Shown in pieces: positions 48,128-61,934 of a DNA stretch of 64,000 nt (position 1 is its first letter; each line of letters starts with the position of its first letter). A program made the translations under genes and the position numbers. The notes beneath the pieces were generated by a model, which saw only the letters and a program-made list of their open reading frames with translations, did not search any database and was not told the origin of the DNA. The stretch lies in contig NC_068998.1 in the NCBI RefSeq assembly GCF_001194135.2, positions 16,500,297 to 16,564,296 of the forward strand, given 5' to 3'. Origin of the DNA: Octopus bimaculoides (Eukaryota).

Positions 48128-49582
48128 CAACTTAAAGTATCACAAAAGCATAAAACTATTAGTGGCCCTTTTGATTTTGTATTAGATATTTGTCTGACAC
48201 TGGATGGAGTACCTTTTTCGTTGATTCTACCAATATTGGATATATATATATGTATACGTGTATATATATATATATATATATATATAGAATCACAATTAAA
48301 GGTTACAAACCTCATTCAGGGATAGCAAAATCCTATGAAAGTACTGGTTAGTTACCTATACAAAGAATATTGAACATTACATTTAATACTCAACTGCAAG
48401 GTAACTATATAAACCGTGGTTTATGTGTGTGTGTGTGTGTGTATGTGTGGCCGTGTGTATAAAATTCAGGGTTAACTGTTCAGAGGAAAGCACTTACAAC
48501 TAAGAGTCAATATAATGAATGCAACAAAAAGTTTTTTATTTTTATTTCATCTGGAGTCAATCAGGGATTGGTTGTAACAAAAGGTGAGTGGACTCTTATT
48601 CAACTAATTCCTGATGTATCAAGACAAAACAAAATACCTTTTCTTAGATTCATTATTTTTATCAATTAACTATAAATAAATAAATACATATATATTTATA
48701 TTATATCATCATCATCATCATCGTTTAACGTCCGCTTTCCATGCTGGCATGGGTTGGATGGTTTGATGAGAACTGACAAGCCAGGAGGCTGCACCAGGCT
48801 CCAATCTGATCTGGCAAGGTTTCTACAGCTGGATGCCAACCACCCTGAGAGTGTATTGGGTGCTTTTTACGTGCCTAGGAATGTTGTTGACAGTGACTGC
48901 TCAGTTTCAGCCATTTAAGCTATTGTCAGACTGCCAATGATGGCTTAACTGGTTGAAACTTTGAAGTCATTGTCAACAACATTTTTATAGAAGAAGAATA
49001 AATTTGCACTCTACAAATGTATAGAGTAACCCATCAGATTAATGTAAAATTGTTTTCTTTATAACTGAACATGAAAACAAACATTAATATATCTAATATC
49101 TATTTAATCTATATATAGAGAGAGAGGGGGGGAAGATAGACAGAGATGGACAGCATGTGTATGTGTGTATATAAGTAGTATGCAAATATGTATGTATGTA
49201 TGTAAGTGGTATGTATGTGTGTATGTATTTGTATGCAAGCATGTATGTACATATGTACAGTAGAAACTCGTTTTGTGAATGGAAATGTTATTGCAAATTC
49301 AAATCTAAATACAGAAAGCAGGGGAGATAACTCCTACGAATTTTTGAAAAATGACAATGCAGAGAGAGAGCCTTATCTTCGTCGTCAAATGTAAAAAACA
49401 TCAAATATGTTTTGTTTTTGTTAAATCTCCTCAGTAAAGCCATATTCACTAGCAATTGTCTTCACTTAGAATGATAAGTTTCATCATTATCTTCAAATTC
49501 ATCATTATCAACACCACCACAACTTTATTACACCACTATCATCATCATCATCATCAACAGCAACAATAACAACAGCAGCAGC

Positions 49583-50364
49583 GGATGGTCAACTGGAAAG
49601 AGAAAGTCCAACACGGAGAGCTTTTCCAGCAAACATTGGATGAAACCAATGAAGAGTCCTGGAGATGGTTAAGACAGAGTTTTTTACAGAAGGAAACAGG
49701 GCTGATTCTTGCTACTCAAAAACAAGCTTTAAATGCACAAACTCAAGAATAAGCTTTATGTACAAAGTCAATCAAGTGTAGCATTGATAAGACAGCAGCA
49801 TTACCTTTTTTGTAGGCTATGTGGAAAATTGTCTGAGACAGACATATAACTAGTGGAAGCTCAAAACTAGAGGCATACAAAAAATATCATGACAAAATAG
49901 CAGTGCGGATACAATGGGAGTTGTACAAGAAGTATGGGCTAGAATGATCCATATGAACACCAACTTTGGCCAGTAGCAGAGAATGATCAGGTGAGACGCA
50001 CATGGGATATGCCAATATATACAGACAAAAGGCTGCAACATGACTGACCAGATATCACTTTCCAGCTGAGAGTCCACAGAATGGACCTGCATCAAGGTTG
50101 CTTTTCCTGCAAACCAGAATATTGTTAAGACAGAGGATGAAGGTGTCGGGAAGTACCAAGACTTATGATTGGAAACAAAAAAAAAAAATCCACAGAGCTT
50201 CAAAAGTGAGTGTGGTACCTATTGTGATCAATGCACTTAGAACCATCTCGAAAAGAGCAATATCCTGGCATCAAAAGCTGCAAATACCAAACTTCTGAGG
50301 AGGTATTCAGATGGCAGCAATACTTGGGACAGCTCATGTGTTGAGGAATGTGTTGCATCTCTAA
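49583..50364 (+). mobile_element. R4/Dong-clade non-LTR retrotransposon 3' relic (zinc knuckle plus restriction-like endonuclease)
   Basis: Degenerate translation WKEKVQHG...LILATQKQAL...CRLCGKLSET.HITSG...HDKIAVRIQWEL...WDMPIYTDKRLQHD*PDI...KYQDL...VVPIVINAL...ILGTAHVLRNVL*. Confidence 0.75.
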
Positions 50365-52519
50365 GCTGCAGAATGGGGCTGAGATGTGACATAGATAAAA
50401 ATCAGTTAAGGGAATAAAATGTATTCCTTTAGATACACTTTGTATCATTACAATTGCATTCATTAATTGCTGCTTAACTCTATAAAGTTCCACTAAAACA
50501 TGGATACACAATTAAATAGGAATTATTAAATAGCTTTTGAAAGAAGATTCCAGGCTCTATAAACAAACTGAAAGAAAGAGTAAATGTGTAGGAGGTAGTG
50601 AAAATAGTGACAGTGGTTTCTTAAAGTGGCATAATGTCACTAGAAATCTGCCAGGAAAGAGCTTAGCTAGTTAGCATTGACCCTAGTATATACCTGGTAC
50701 TTATTTCAAAGACAATAATAATAATAATTCTTTCTAGTTTTGGTATAGAACCAGCAACTTTATTGGGAGGGGGTTAGTTGATTACATCAACTTCAGTACT
50801 TGATTGTTATGTTATTTTATTGACCCAGCAGGGATGAAAGTTGGCTTTTAGTTGTATAAGTTGGCTTTGGCAGGATTTGAACTCAGGACATCAAATGCCA
50901 GAAATGGTACTAAACATTTCATCCAGCATGCTAACAATTCTGCCAGATCGTCATCTTATACAAAATTAACAATAATATTATCGACAAAAAATAAGACTAT
51001 TAACATGTAATAATCAGATGACAAATATAAAATAATAATAAAAAATATAGAAAAATATACCTCACATCAAAAATACAGTCCTGAGGGAAAATAAATTTAT
51101 CTAAAAATTATGCAATAAAATTATTCAACTCTCATGAGTTAGAAATAGTACAACACACACATACACAAAAAAAAGAAGATAAAATATAAAACAAAGTATT
51201 TATCCAGCAATTGCATTGATATAACAAAATATACTGATATGAATTTCTGTTCGTAATGCTATATATATATTTAGCATTGCTTAATGAAAGAATGAATGAA
51301 ACAAGATGAACTTCTAACATGAAATTGATCAACAGCTGTTTATGATCAACAAACTTAAATTTTTCTGATGGATATTTTAGATTACATTATAATTTCATTA
51401 GGTTTTTAGGGTTTTATTTTATTTATTTATTTTTGTTTCTGGAACAAATATTACATTAATTATGAAAGCTTAAGGATTTTGCTACCATACAACTTACTTA
51501 ATGTTGGTTTAAAATTTTGACACAAGTCCAGCAATTTTAAGGGAGGGTTAAGTCGATTACATTGACCCCAGTGTTCAACTGGTACTTATTTTATTGACCC
51601 CGAAAGAATGAAAGGTAAAATGGACCTCAGCAGAATTTGAACACAGAACATAAAGACAGACAAAATGCTGCTAAGCATTTCACTCATCATGCTAAAAATT
51701 CAGCCAGTTCACCGCTTTCAACTTACTTAATATCAAAGAAGTTTGTAATTAGCCAAGTTAGTGAAGTATCATAATCCTAGCCATAGGATTGATAGTTCAT
51801 GTTTTGCTTACCAGTACTATGTTGTGTCTATGATCTAACTGCTCTGTTCTGCCTGGCTCTCTATAGTACGTCTGCAAATAGGTATCACAGCTGCATGTTG
51901 GTCAATTCTAAAAGCAGCAGAAACATTTTGTTAGCTTGTAGTACTGGGTTCAACTCATCTCTAGAACAGTTGCAATACTATAAAACTAGTAAAAAAACTT
52001 CACCATATCTATCAACCAGAAACAGTATAATGAGCAGAGTCATTCAAAGTTTCTGTTATTTTTTCTCTTATTTGCTCATTTTTTTTTTATGAGTTAGGTA
52101 CATTGTACAAGTTTACAAATCACAACATTTTGGTGTTTCCTGTCAAGGAAACACTTTTGTTATGGGTTTTTTGTTTTTGTTTTTTTACAAGGAAGCATTA
52201 CAACCTACAGTTACTACAAAAACACAGATTCTTATTTCTCATATATACTAATCAAATGGAATCACAAAGTTCTTTTTTATATTCCAGCTTCCAATATTAT
52301 TAACCTATTAGCATTTAAACAGGCCATATCAGGCCCAAATATTCTAGTTGTTTTATGTTCAAACCAACCAGATTGAGACTCTCACACCTATCCTGTAATG
52401 TCATTCTAAAAATAAACAATCACATCACTGAAATCTCAAAGCCATGCATTAATGCATAATTAATTCAAATCAATGTGAATAAATAAGCAGAATATTTGAC
52501 AGAATAATTTGAATGTTAA

Positions 52520-52950
52520 AGGGTGAAACCATGTGATGGATATGTATGGGAGTGAGACATGGTGTCTGGGGGAAAGCAAAATGGCAATTTTGAGAAGGAC
52601 CGAGAGAGCAATGTGTGGTGTGAAACTATTGGATAAAAGGAGGGCTGAGGACTTAATGGGGATGCTGGGGTTAGAGGAATCGGTGGAACAACTGACAACG
52701 GTGAATGGAGTGCAGTGGTATGGACATGTGTTGAGGAGGGATGAGGATCATGTTCTGAGGAGAGTGCTTGAGTTTAAAGTGAATGAACCACAAAAGCGAG
52801 ATCAACCAAAGAAAAGGTGGAGGGGAGGTTAGGAGGGTTGGTTCGAGGAGGGAGGATGCCCAAAATCAGGCGAGATAGTGTGAGAGCAGTTGCTGTAAGA
52901 GTGAGGTAGATCCGGCCACCCCTGTTAACAGGGACAAGCCCAGATTTAAA
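52520..52950 (+). mobile_element. RTE-clade LINE 3' fragment
   Basis: ORF 52533-52832: YGSETW...RRTERAMCGVKL...WYGHVLRRDEDHVLRRVL...PKKRW. Confidence 0.85.
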
Positions 52951-55704
52951 ATATTGGACATCATCAATCAATGAGAATGGTAACATTATTCAAATATTCA
53001 GTCTTCTACTTACTTCAAAATGAATGAGTCATGGAAAATTTAAAAGATCGGTGAAGATTGATGTAAATCAATGAATGAATGAATAACTAGCAATGAAAAT
53101 GTTGATGTCAAACTGTCATTTAAAGCATCTTTATACAAAGTGTCTGATGGCTCACCATAGAATGGTCAAATTAATTTACTGATGAATGGTAAATCAAAGT
53201 TCTGTTAAAGTTTTGTCAGCTGTTTTTCCTGTATTCCTTTCTAAGTTGAGAGACAATAACTAGTAGTATTCACTGAGGGGAATGGTTACAGCAATAGAAT
53301 CCACACACTTTTTGTTCTTGTGGAGCTGGTGGCAGAGAGGTGAGCAATTAATTGATTTCAAAGTTTGGCACAAGACCACCAATTTGGGGTAAGGGGTAAG
53401 CCAATTACATCAACCCCAGTGCTCAACTGGTACTTATTTTATCGACCCTGAAAGGATGGAAGGTAAATTTGACTGCAACAGAATTTGAACTCAGAACATA
53501 AGCTGGACAAAATACTATGAAGTATTTTGCCTGGTGTACCAACGATTCTGGAAGCATGCTGCCTTCAGGGCGAGTATTTAATTAACAAGAATATTATTTC
53601 TTGCTCCGATTTTCATATATGCAAATTTAACATATTTCACAATGCTTCAAGAAAACTTATTTGAGTCACAGCTGCTTTCTACAGCTGAGTATTTTTAGAA
53701 GTTATGAACAAAATCAGCCCTCATAACTACAAACATACAAGTTAACAAAAAAATTTTTTAAAGAATGGACAGATACATCAAATAAAATCAATTTAATATT
53801 ACAAATATAGAACTTTAAGACAGCCTGTTTAAACATTACTGCAACTAGCAAAAGCTATATCTTGGAATGTGTACTTACATAGTAAAGATAATAGATACAG
53901 GATTGACCAGACCTCTAATAATGGTTGAAATTAGTTGAATTTTATAAAAATAAGAATAATGTTACTAAAACGTAGCTTTAATTGATTTGTATGCAATTTC
54001 AACAACAACTTCAACTATACACTAATGGTAAAAATTACCAATTTAAAGCTGAAAGAAACAGCACCATTTTAACTGGGTACTCAACATGCAATGAGGAATT
54101 ATGCAATCCAGTTTGAAGTGTTTTTAGATATATGTTTACAAAGTGAACCCTCTGAAATAATGGTATTAAATTAAAAAACCCAAATAACCTAGGACATTAC
54201 ACACACACACACACACAATGGTCTTCCGCATAGTTTCCATTTACTAAATTCACAATTCACAATTCATTCACAAAGCATTGATCAACCTAGAGATATAGTA
54301 GAAGACACTTGCACANNNNNNNNNNNNNNNNNNNNNNNNNNNNNNNNNNNNNNNNNNNNNNNNNNNNNNNNNNNNNNNNNNNNNNNNNNNNNNNNNNNNN
54401 NNNNNNNNNNNNNNNNNNNNNNNNNNNNNNNNNNNNNNNNNNNNNNNNNNNNNNNNNNNNNNNNNNNNNNNNNNNNNNNNNNNNNNNNNNNNNNNNNNNN
54501 NNNNNNNNNNNNNNNNNNNNNNNNNNNNNNNNNNNNNNNNNNNNNNNNNNNNNNNNNNNNNNNNNNNNNNNNNNNNNNNNNNNNNNNNNNNNNNNNNNNN
54601 NNNNNNNNNNNNNNNNNNNNNNNNNNNNNNNNNNNNNNNNNNNNNNNNNNNNNNNNNNNNNNNNNNNNNNNNNNNNNNNNNNNNNNNNNNNNNNNNNNNN
54701 NNNNNNNNNNNNNNNNNNNNNNNNNNNNNNNNNNNNNNNNNNNNNNNNNNNNNNNNNNNNNNNNNNNNNNNNNNNNNNNNNNNNNNNNNNNNNNNNNNNN
54801 NNNNNNNNNNNNNNNNNNNNNNNNNNNNNNNNNNNNNNNNNNNNNNNNNNNNNNNNNNNNNNNNNNNNNNNNNNNNNNNNNNNNNNNNNNNNNNNNNNNN
54901 NNNNNNNNNNNNNNNNNNNNNNNNNNNNNNNNNNNNNNNNNNNNNNNNNNNNNNNNNNNNNNNNNNNNNNNNNNNNNNNNNNNNNNNNNNNNNNNNNNNN
55001 NNNNNNNNNNNNNNNNNNNNNNNNNNNNNNNNNNNNNNNNNNNNNNNNNNNNNNNNNNNNNNNNNNNNNNNNNNNNNNNNNNNNNNNNNNNAGTCAACGG
55101 TCAATCATAATAATGGCCGATCATAACAATGACTGACCGGAAGTTAGAAATTCTTATTTCAGGAGAGCTAAGAAAGGGGGAGATAACAAACGGTGATCGG
55201 GAACGAGGGGCTGTGTGAGGGAGGTAGAATGCTGGTGATCTTGACGTATGTAGTGTGAAAATGGGGAAGGGAGAAAGGGAGAAAGTAGTTGGTCAGTTGT
55301 AGTGTGTGCGTGGTGTGATGCGAGGGTATTGGTGTGGTGTGCGTGATATATATATATATATATATAATGTGCTGATGTCATGTAGAAAAGCACCCAGTAT
55401 ACTCCGTAAAGTGGTTGGTGTTAGGAAGGGCACCCAGCACTTCCTAACGCCAAAACAGACATGGAGTCTCAGCAGCTCTTCAGCTGGCCAGCTCCGATCA
55501 AACTGTCCAACCCATGCCAGCATGAAAATGGACGTTAATTGATGATGATGATGATGATGATGACGATGATAATGATGAAGAAGAAAGCAAGGAGCACAAA
55601 AAAAAAACCAAGATCAGAAGGAAACGTTTTAACAAATGCTTAAAAAGAAGGGAAAATAGTTTTGATGCTTTGGACACTAGTCCTTCATCAGAAAATTATC
55701 AAAA

Positions 55705-55738
<34 letters not shown>

Positions 55739-58330
55739 CGATGGGCTTCTATGTGGTTTCTATCAAACAATTTCACTCAGAAAGCAGGTATGTTAGCTAT
55801 CTGGAGCTTGATGGCAGCAGCAAGAATTTTATTGTCTCAGCGAAAAACTTGAATTTATCATATCCAACTAATATACAAGAGGAATAGGTCAATATTTACT
55901 GAAAAACTGATCTGTGACATAGTAGCATGGCGTTCAAGAAATTTGTCTCTAGTTCACTTAAAAACTAGGGTTACACATTGACCTTATTAACCCAAGTGTT
56001 TCCATGAAGAGGTTAAAGAATATCAAGAAACTACAGTGTTTGAAGGAGGATAATAGGTTAAGATTTTCTTTAAAAGAGTGTGGGTACACTCATAGATTAT
56101 GTCAATTTGTCTGCAAATGACTTCTGTGAGATTTAAGATTAAAAAATATAATTAACTAGGAACATACAGTTTAGACAATTTGAAAGGGTATCAGTCCAAA
56201 AATTAATGACATCCTTTCAAAATCTATGTCATCAAATCTATTCTAGTGACAAGTGACCAAGACTTTTGGCAGTTTACTATGCTTGAGAAGACACATCAAG
56301 CTAAATGAAATCATAGTCGTGGTCAATGCCAGGGACACATAAAAGGCACCTGTGCCAGTGACGCATAAGAGACCCAGGACACTCTATGGAGTGGTTGGCG
56401 TTAGGAAGGGCAACCAGTTGTAAAAACCAAGCCAAAACAGACTGGATCATGGTGCAGGTCTCAGTCAAACCATCTAACCCATGCCAGCATGGAAAACAGA
56501 CACTTAATAATAATAATGATAATGACCATAAAGATTATATGAAATAATTATTTCTAAAAATTTGGAACTATTTAAACAAAAGAAAAAAATTTATAAACCT
56601 TCAAGAAAACATGAAATAATTCTTTTTGGAATTGGATCTTGGAGTACATATAAAGCCTTCGATGTTTTCTATCCCAAAGGGTTTTACAACCTAAAATTTA
56701 CATGCTGTTATTTGTAGTATTATATGTACTTCAAGATCCAAATCCAAAATATAATTTTTTTTAAAAATGGTTAATTTACTTCTGATAGCCATTCCAGATA
56801 TCGGTCATAATACATTTCATCAAATCACTTACAAATTTAAATGGTAAAATTATAATCAAGTTGGTGAAACTAGCAGTAACAGATAAGCTATGAAAAACAC
56901 ACTGTATTAATTCTATACATCTTTTATATTTTACTTGTTTCAGTCATTGGACTGTAGCAATGCTGGAGCACTGCCTTTTAGCTGAATGAATCAAGTGAGG
57001 TGGAGGACAAATACAACTAAAAAGACACACACACACATGTCTACAATGAGCTTCTTTCAGTTTCTGTGTACCAAATTCACTCACAAGACAATATTAAAAG
57101 ACACTTGCCCAAGATGCCAAGCACTCATGAGTCTGGATTTTTTTTTTTTTTGAGTCTTATAAGTATCTAATACTACATTTACCAATGCATCTGTCCTATT
57201 TTTAAGACAGTAGGAAGACTGCAGTTTTTACACACTGGAAGTGTGGTGAATTTGAAAAATTATAATGTATAACGAAGAGACATGTTAATCGTCTCTTAAT
57301 TATGTGTTAGTGTTATGACACAGTCACTGATGAAAAATTCACCTAGCAAATTATTTTATTTGCTAAAAAAAAATTTTGAAACCTAGGTCTGACCCGCAAT
57401 AAAATAACAAGGTAAAAGTTCTTATTTTTCATTCCTTTTGAAGATTGCTCTTAAATGTAGTTTTGGTCGTTTTGACTGCTTCTTCTAGCGTGTAAAAACT
57501 GGATGTTGAAGACAGTTTTCTCTTGTGTTTAAATGTACACTATTTTATACTGGGTATATANNNNNNNNNNNNNNNNNNNNNNNNNNNNNNNNNNNNNNNN
57601 NNNNNNNNNNNNNNNNNNNNNNNNNNNNNNNNNNNNNNNNNNNNNNNNNNNNNNNNNNNNNNNNNNNNNNNNNNNNNNNNNNNNNNNNNNNNNNNNNNNN
57701 NNNNNNNNNNNNNNNNNNNNNNNNNNNNNNNNNNNNNNNNNNNNNNNNNNNNNNNNNNNNNNNNNNNNNNNNNNNNNNNNNNNNNNNNNNNNNNNNNNNN
57801 NNNNNNNNNNNNNNNNNNNNNNNNNNNNNNNNNNNNNNNNNNNNNNNNNNNNNNNNNNNNNNNNNNNNNNNNNNNNNNNNNNNNNNNNNNNNNNNNNNNN
57901 NNNNNNNNNNNNNNNNNNNNNNNNNNNNNNNNNNNNNNNNNNNNNNNNNNNNNNNNNNNNNNNNNNNNNNNNNNNNNNNNNNNNNNNNNNNNNNNNNNNN
58001 NNNNNNNNNNNNNNNNNNNNNNNNNNNNNNNNNNNNNNNNNNNNNNNNNNNNNNNNNNNNNNNNNNNNNNNNNNNNNNNNNNNNNNNNNNNNNNNNNNNN
58101 NNNNNNNNNNNNNNNNNNNNNNNNNNNNNNNNNNNNNNNNNNNNNNNNNNNNNNNNNNNNNNNNNNNNNNNNNNNNNNNNNNNNNNNNNNNNNNNNNNNN
58201 NNNNNNNNNNNNNNNNNNNNNNNNNNNNNNNNNNNNNNNNNNNNNNNNNNNNNNNNNNNNNNNNNNNNNNNNNNNNNNNNNNNNNNNNNNNNNNNNNNNN
58301 NNNNNNNNNNNNNNNNNNNNNNNNNNNNNN

Positions 58331-58364
<34 letters not shown>

Positions 58365-60862
58365 GACGGGCTTCTTTCAGTTTCCGTCTACCAAATCCAC
58401 TCACAAGGCTTTGGTCGGCCCGAGGCTATAGTAGAAGACACTTGCCCAAGGTGTCACGCAGTGGGACTGAACCCAGAACCATGTGGTCGGTAACCAAGCT
58501 ACTTACCACACAGCCACTCCTGCGCCTGAATTTTTCTCATTCATTCTTAAGCCCCAAAATGTTTTCGACTGCAATTCTATCACAAGTTATCAACTCGGTT
58601 ATGATTAATCTGAAGATTTCAATTACCAGGTTCTAAGGGCTCCTGACTTCATTTTCATATAACACTCATAACCTTACAAACTACTGTATACATTAAAAGG
58701 CATTGCAAAGATACCTACTGTATATCATATAATACAGTGAACATACAAACTGAGCTGTAGCTATCATTTTCTTTTTTTTCTTTTCTCTCTCTCTCTCTTA
58801 TTCATCTTGTCTACACTTTTGTCTTTAATCTTTTACTTGTTTCAGTCCTGAGAGTGCAGCCATGCTGGGGCACCACCTTGAAGAATTTTTAGTTGAATGA
58901 ATTGACCCCAGTACTTATCTATTTTTTTTAAGCCTGGTACTTATTCTATCCGTCTATTTTGCCTAACTACTAAGTTATGGGCAGGTAAATACACCAACAA
59001 CAGTGGCAGGGGACAAAGACACACACACATATACGACAGGTTTCTTTCAGTTTCCATCTGCCAAATCTACTCATAAGACTTTGGTCAGCCTGAGGCTATA
59101 ATAGAAACACTTGCCCAAGGTGCCACACAGTGGGACTGAACCTGGAACAATATGATTGGGAAGCAAGCTTCTTACGACACTTAATTTAATTTTTTATTAT
59201 ATGGCAAAGTCCTGATATGCATTGAGCAATGGAAGTATCCTCTAATGCCAGAATTCATAATGTAAATGTACTAAAATGAAAATTTGAATAATCAACGAAC
59301 TTCATCACAAATATACACATTACAACCTTTACCATATATCCTTGTTTGATTGCCAAGCAAATAAATAAACAATTGAACTGTAAGTCAAAGAGTCAATAGA
59401 TCACATTCTAATAACTGTCCATCCTGAGCTGTGCCTATAGCAAGAAGCATAACACCTATTGACTCAGGTAAAAAACATAGCTTCCATTCATAGCTACAAC
59501 TCTAAGGAGTAGAAAGAAGCACTTTATAATTAGCAAGTGTTTTGTTAGTTTTTCAACATTAAACTAAACTCCAACTCTAACAAACGCAATTTGAAATATG
59601 ATCAGCTTCCCATTAAATTTATCATCGCCACAACTATAAAGAAGTAAACTTGAGACAAATGAATGTAACTGTTTAAGTTATGTGGAAAATGTTAACCTAC
59701 ATATCTTGTTTCTAACCTTTAACTCATTGTGTAATGAATAGGGTATTAAAATCTTGACATATTCAATTCATCCCAGTTTTACAATATTTATCACTAGTAG
59801 TTTATGTATAAATCTGTAATCCAATCTGGTCTTATTTCACCTTAGACACAACAGGATACTATTCTTTTTAGTGCTGTTTTTTTTTTTTATATTTTTCATC
59901 AGCCTACTAACATCTGTTCTTTTTTTTTCTCTTTCACTTGTTTTTCAGTCACTGCACTGCAACCAAGCTGAGGCACTACCTTGACGGGTTTTATCAAACA
60001 AAAAACCCAGTACTTTTTTTAAAGTCTGGTTCTTATTCTATCAGTCTTTTTTGCTCCACTGCTAAGTTACAGGGACATAAACAAAACAACACTGGTTGTC
60101 AAGTAGTGGGGGTATAAATACACACACACACATATGTATACATATACATACACACACACACAACAGGCTTCCACACATTTCTATCTACCAAATTCACTCA
60201 CATGGCATTGGTTAGTCCAGGAGTAGAAGATAATTGCCCAAGGTGCCACGCAATGGGACTGAAACCAAAATGATGTGGTTGCAAAGTAAGCTAAGAAATA
60301 AACAGATAAATAAATATAAGAAATGATAGGGATACCATGGCCAGTGAACAGAATAAACATCAATGAAAAAATATTTGAAACAAAATTCTATGAAGGTGTG
60401 CATATATTTTGAACACAAAAGAGTAAAGACACCTTTTGGTCATGGATGACCATAGGATTGCACCTAGAAAGTTACCCTCCGAGGCACAAGTCCATGCAAG
60501 GTTGTTTAGGAAAGACCAGCAGTCACCCAGGTATACCAGCTTCCCCTTTTCGTGTCACCGATATTGTCCAAGGGAAAGACAAAGGCCAATGCAGCTTGGC
60601 ACCAGTGATGTCACAGCTGAGTGAATTGGAGCAACATGAAATAAAGTGTCTTGCTCAAGAACACAACACACAGCCCAGCCTGGGAATCAAACTCACTACT
60701 TTAGGATTATGAGCCCGACACTCTAACTACTGAGCCATATGCATTCACAAACATGTTTCTAATATATAAGGGTTGTGAAAAGGGCAATGAAAGTAACGGA
60801 GTGCACAACATAACTAACCAGTGCTATAGTTATTAAAAACATTGAATCCCTGTAGAGTCAGA

Positions 60863-60895
<33 letters not shown>

Positions 60896-61324
60896 AGCTT
60901 ACTTCTTAACCATGTGGTCTCAGGCTCAATCTTGCTGTATGCCACCTTGGGCAAGGGCCAACCAAAGCTTTGTGGGTGGATTTGGTATTTGGTAGATGGA
61001 AACTGGAAGAAGCTTGTCATATGTGTGTAAGAAGTTTACTTCTTAACCATGTCATCTCAGATTCAATCCCATTCTATGTCACCTTAGGCAAGTGTCTTCT
61101 ACAAGAGCCCTGAGCTGACCAAAGCTTTGTGAGTGGATTTGTAGATGGGGAAACTAGAAGAAGCTTGTCATGTGTGTGTGTGTGTGTGTTTTACTTCGTT
61201 TAGGATTAAAACATCAAAATCGAGATAAACGCAAATGCTCCATCTGATAGGCTTGATAATTGTTGAGGTATTCCGGTATTCCTTAACATGAAACCAATGG
61301 TAGGTAGCCTTAATACACAAATAA

Positions 61325-61364
<40 letters not shown>

Positions 61365-61713
61365 GCACACACACACACACAGACAAAACCTCCATTGTCA
61401 CAGTATGATATCGCTGGACCTTTGAATTACAATCCATTTGACAGGCTTTCACATTTTCAGTCTGCAAATGATATCTGGCCAAGATGCCATGCAATAGGAT
61501 TGAACCTGGGGGTCATTCATGATTGCAGTGTGAACTTCTTAACCATTTGAGGAAATCTAACCTTGCTTGGAAATGACTGTAGAAAATCTGCCTCAATAAA
61601 TTCCATCTGACCCATGCAAGCTAAGTAGACATTAAGATATGAAATAAATGAAGGCACATTTAAATTATATTCCTTCCAACCACAAACTCATACTATAATC
61701 CTTTAGCATTTAA

Positions 61714-61934
61714 CCCTTATGATACCAACCCAGCTGAAACCAGCTCTGGCTCTGTAGTACAAAAGTCTTGCTTTCATAAGTTTTTAATTAAAATCTTCCA
61801 CCAAACCTCAGTCACAACTTATGTTCCTAACACTAACTTAATGATAACTAAGTTATTTCACTAAATTTTTAGTTATATTTAAAATTAATTGAAAGAAACA
61901 CAGAGCATCTCAAAAGAAATACTAAACGAAAGGG
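61714..61934. mobile_element. Second piggyBac-type MITE nested in the first family
   Basis: TTAA at 61710-61713 then CCCTTATGATA ... AACGAAAGGG then TTAA at 61935-61938. Confidence 0.7.

Noticed and set aside
51808-51980. Minus-strand exon-like segment ending in GTAAGC; similar candidates near 53027 and 53880
   Set aside because: Stops in all frames from plausible acceptors, or too short and weak to support
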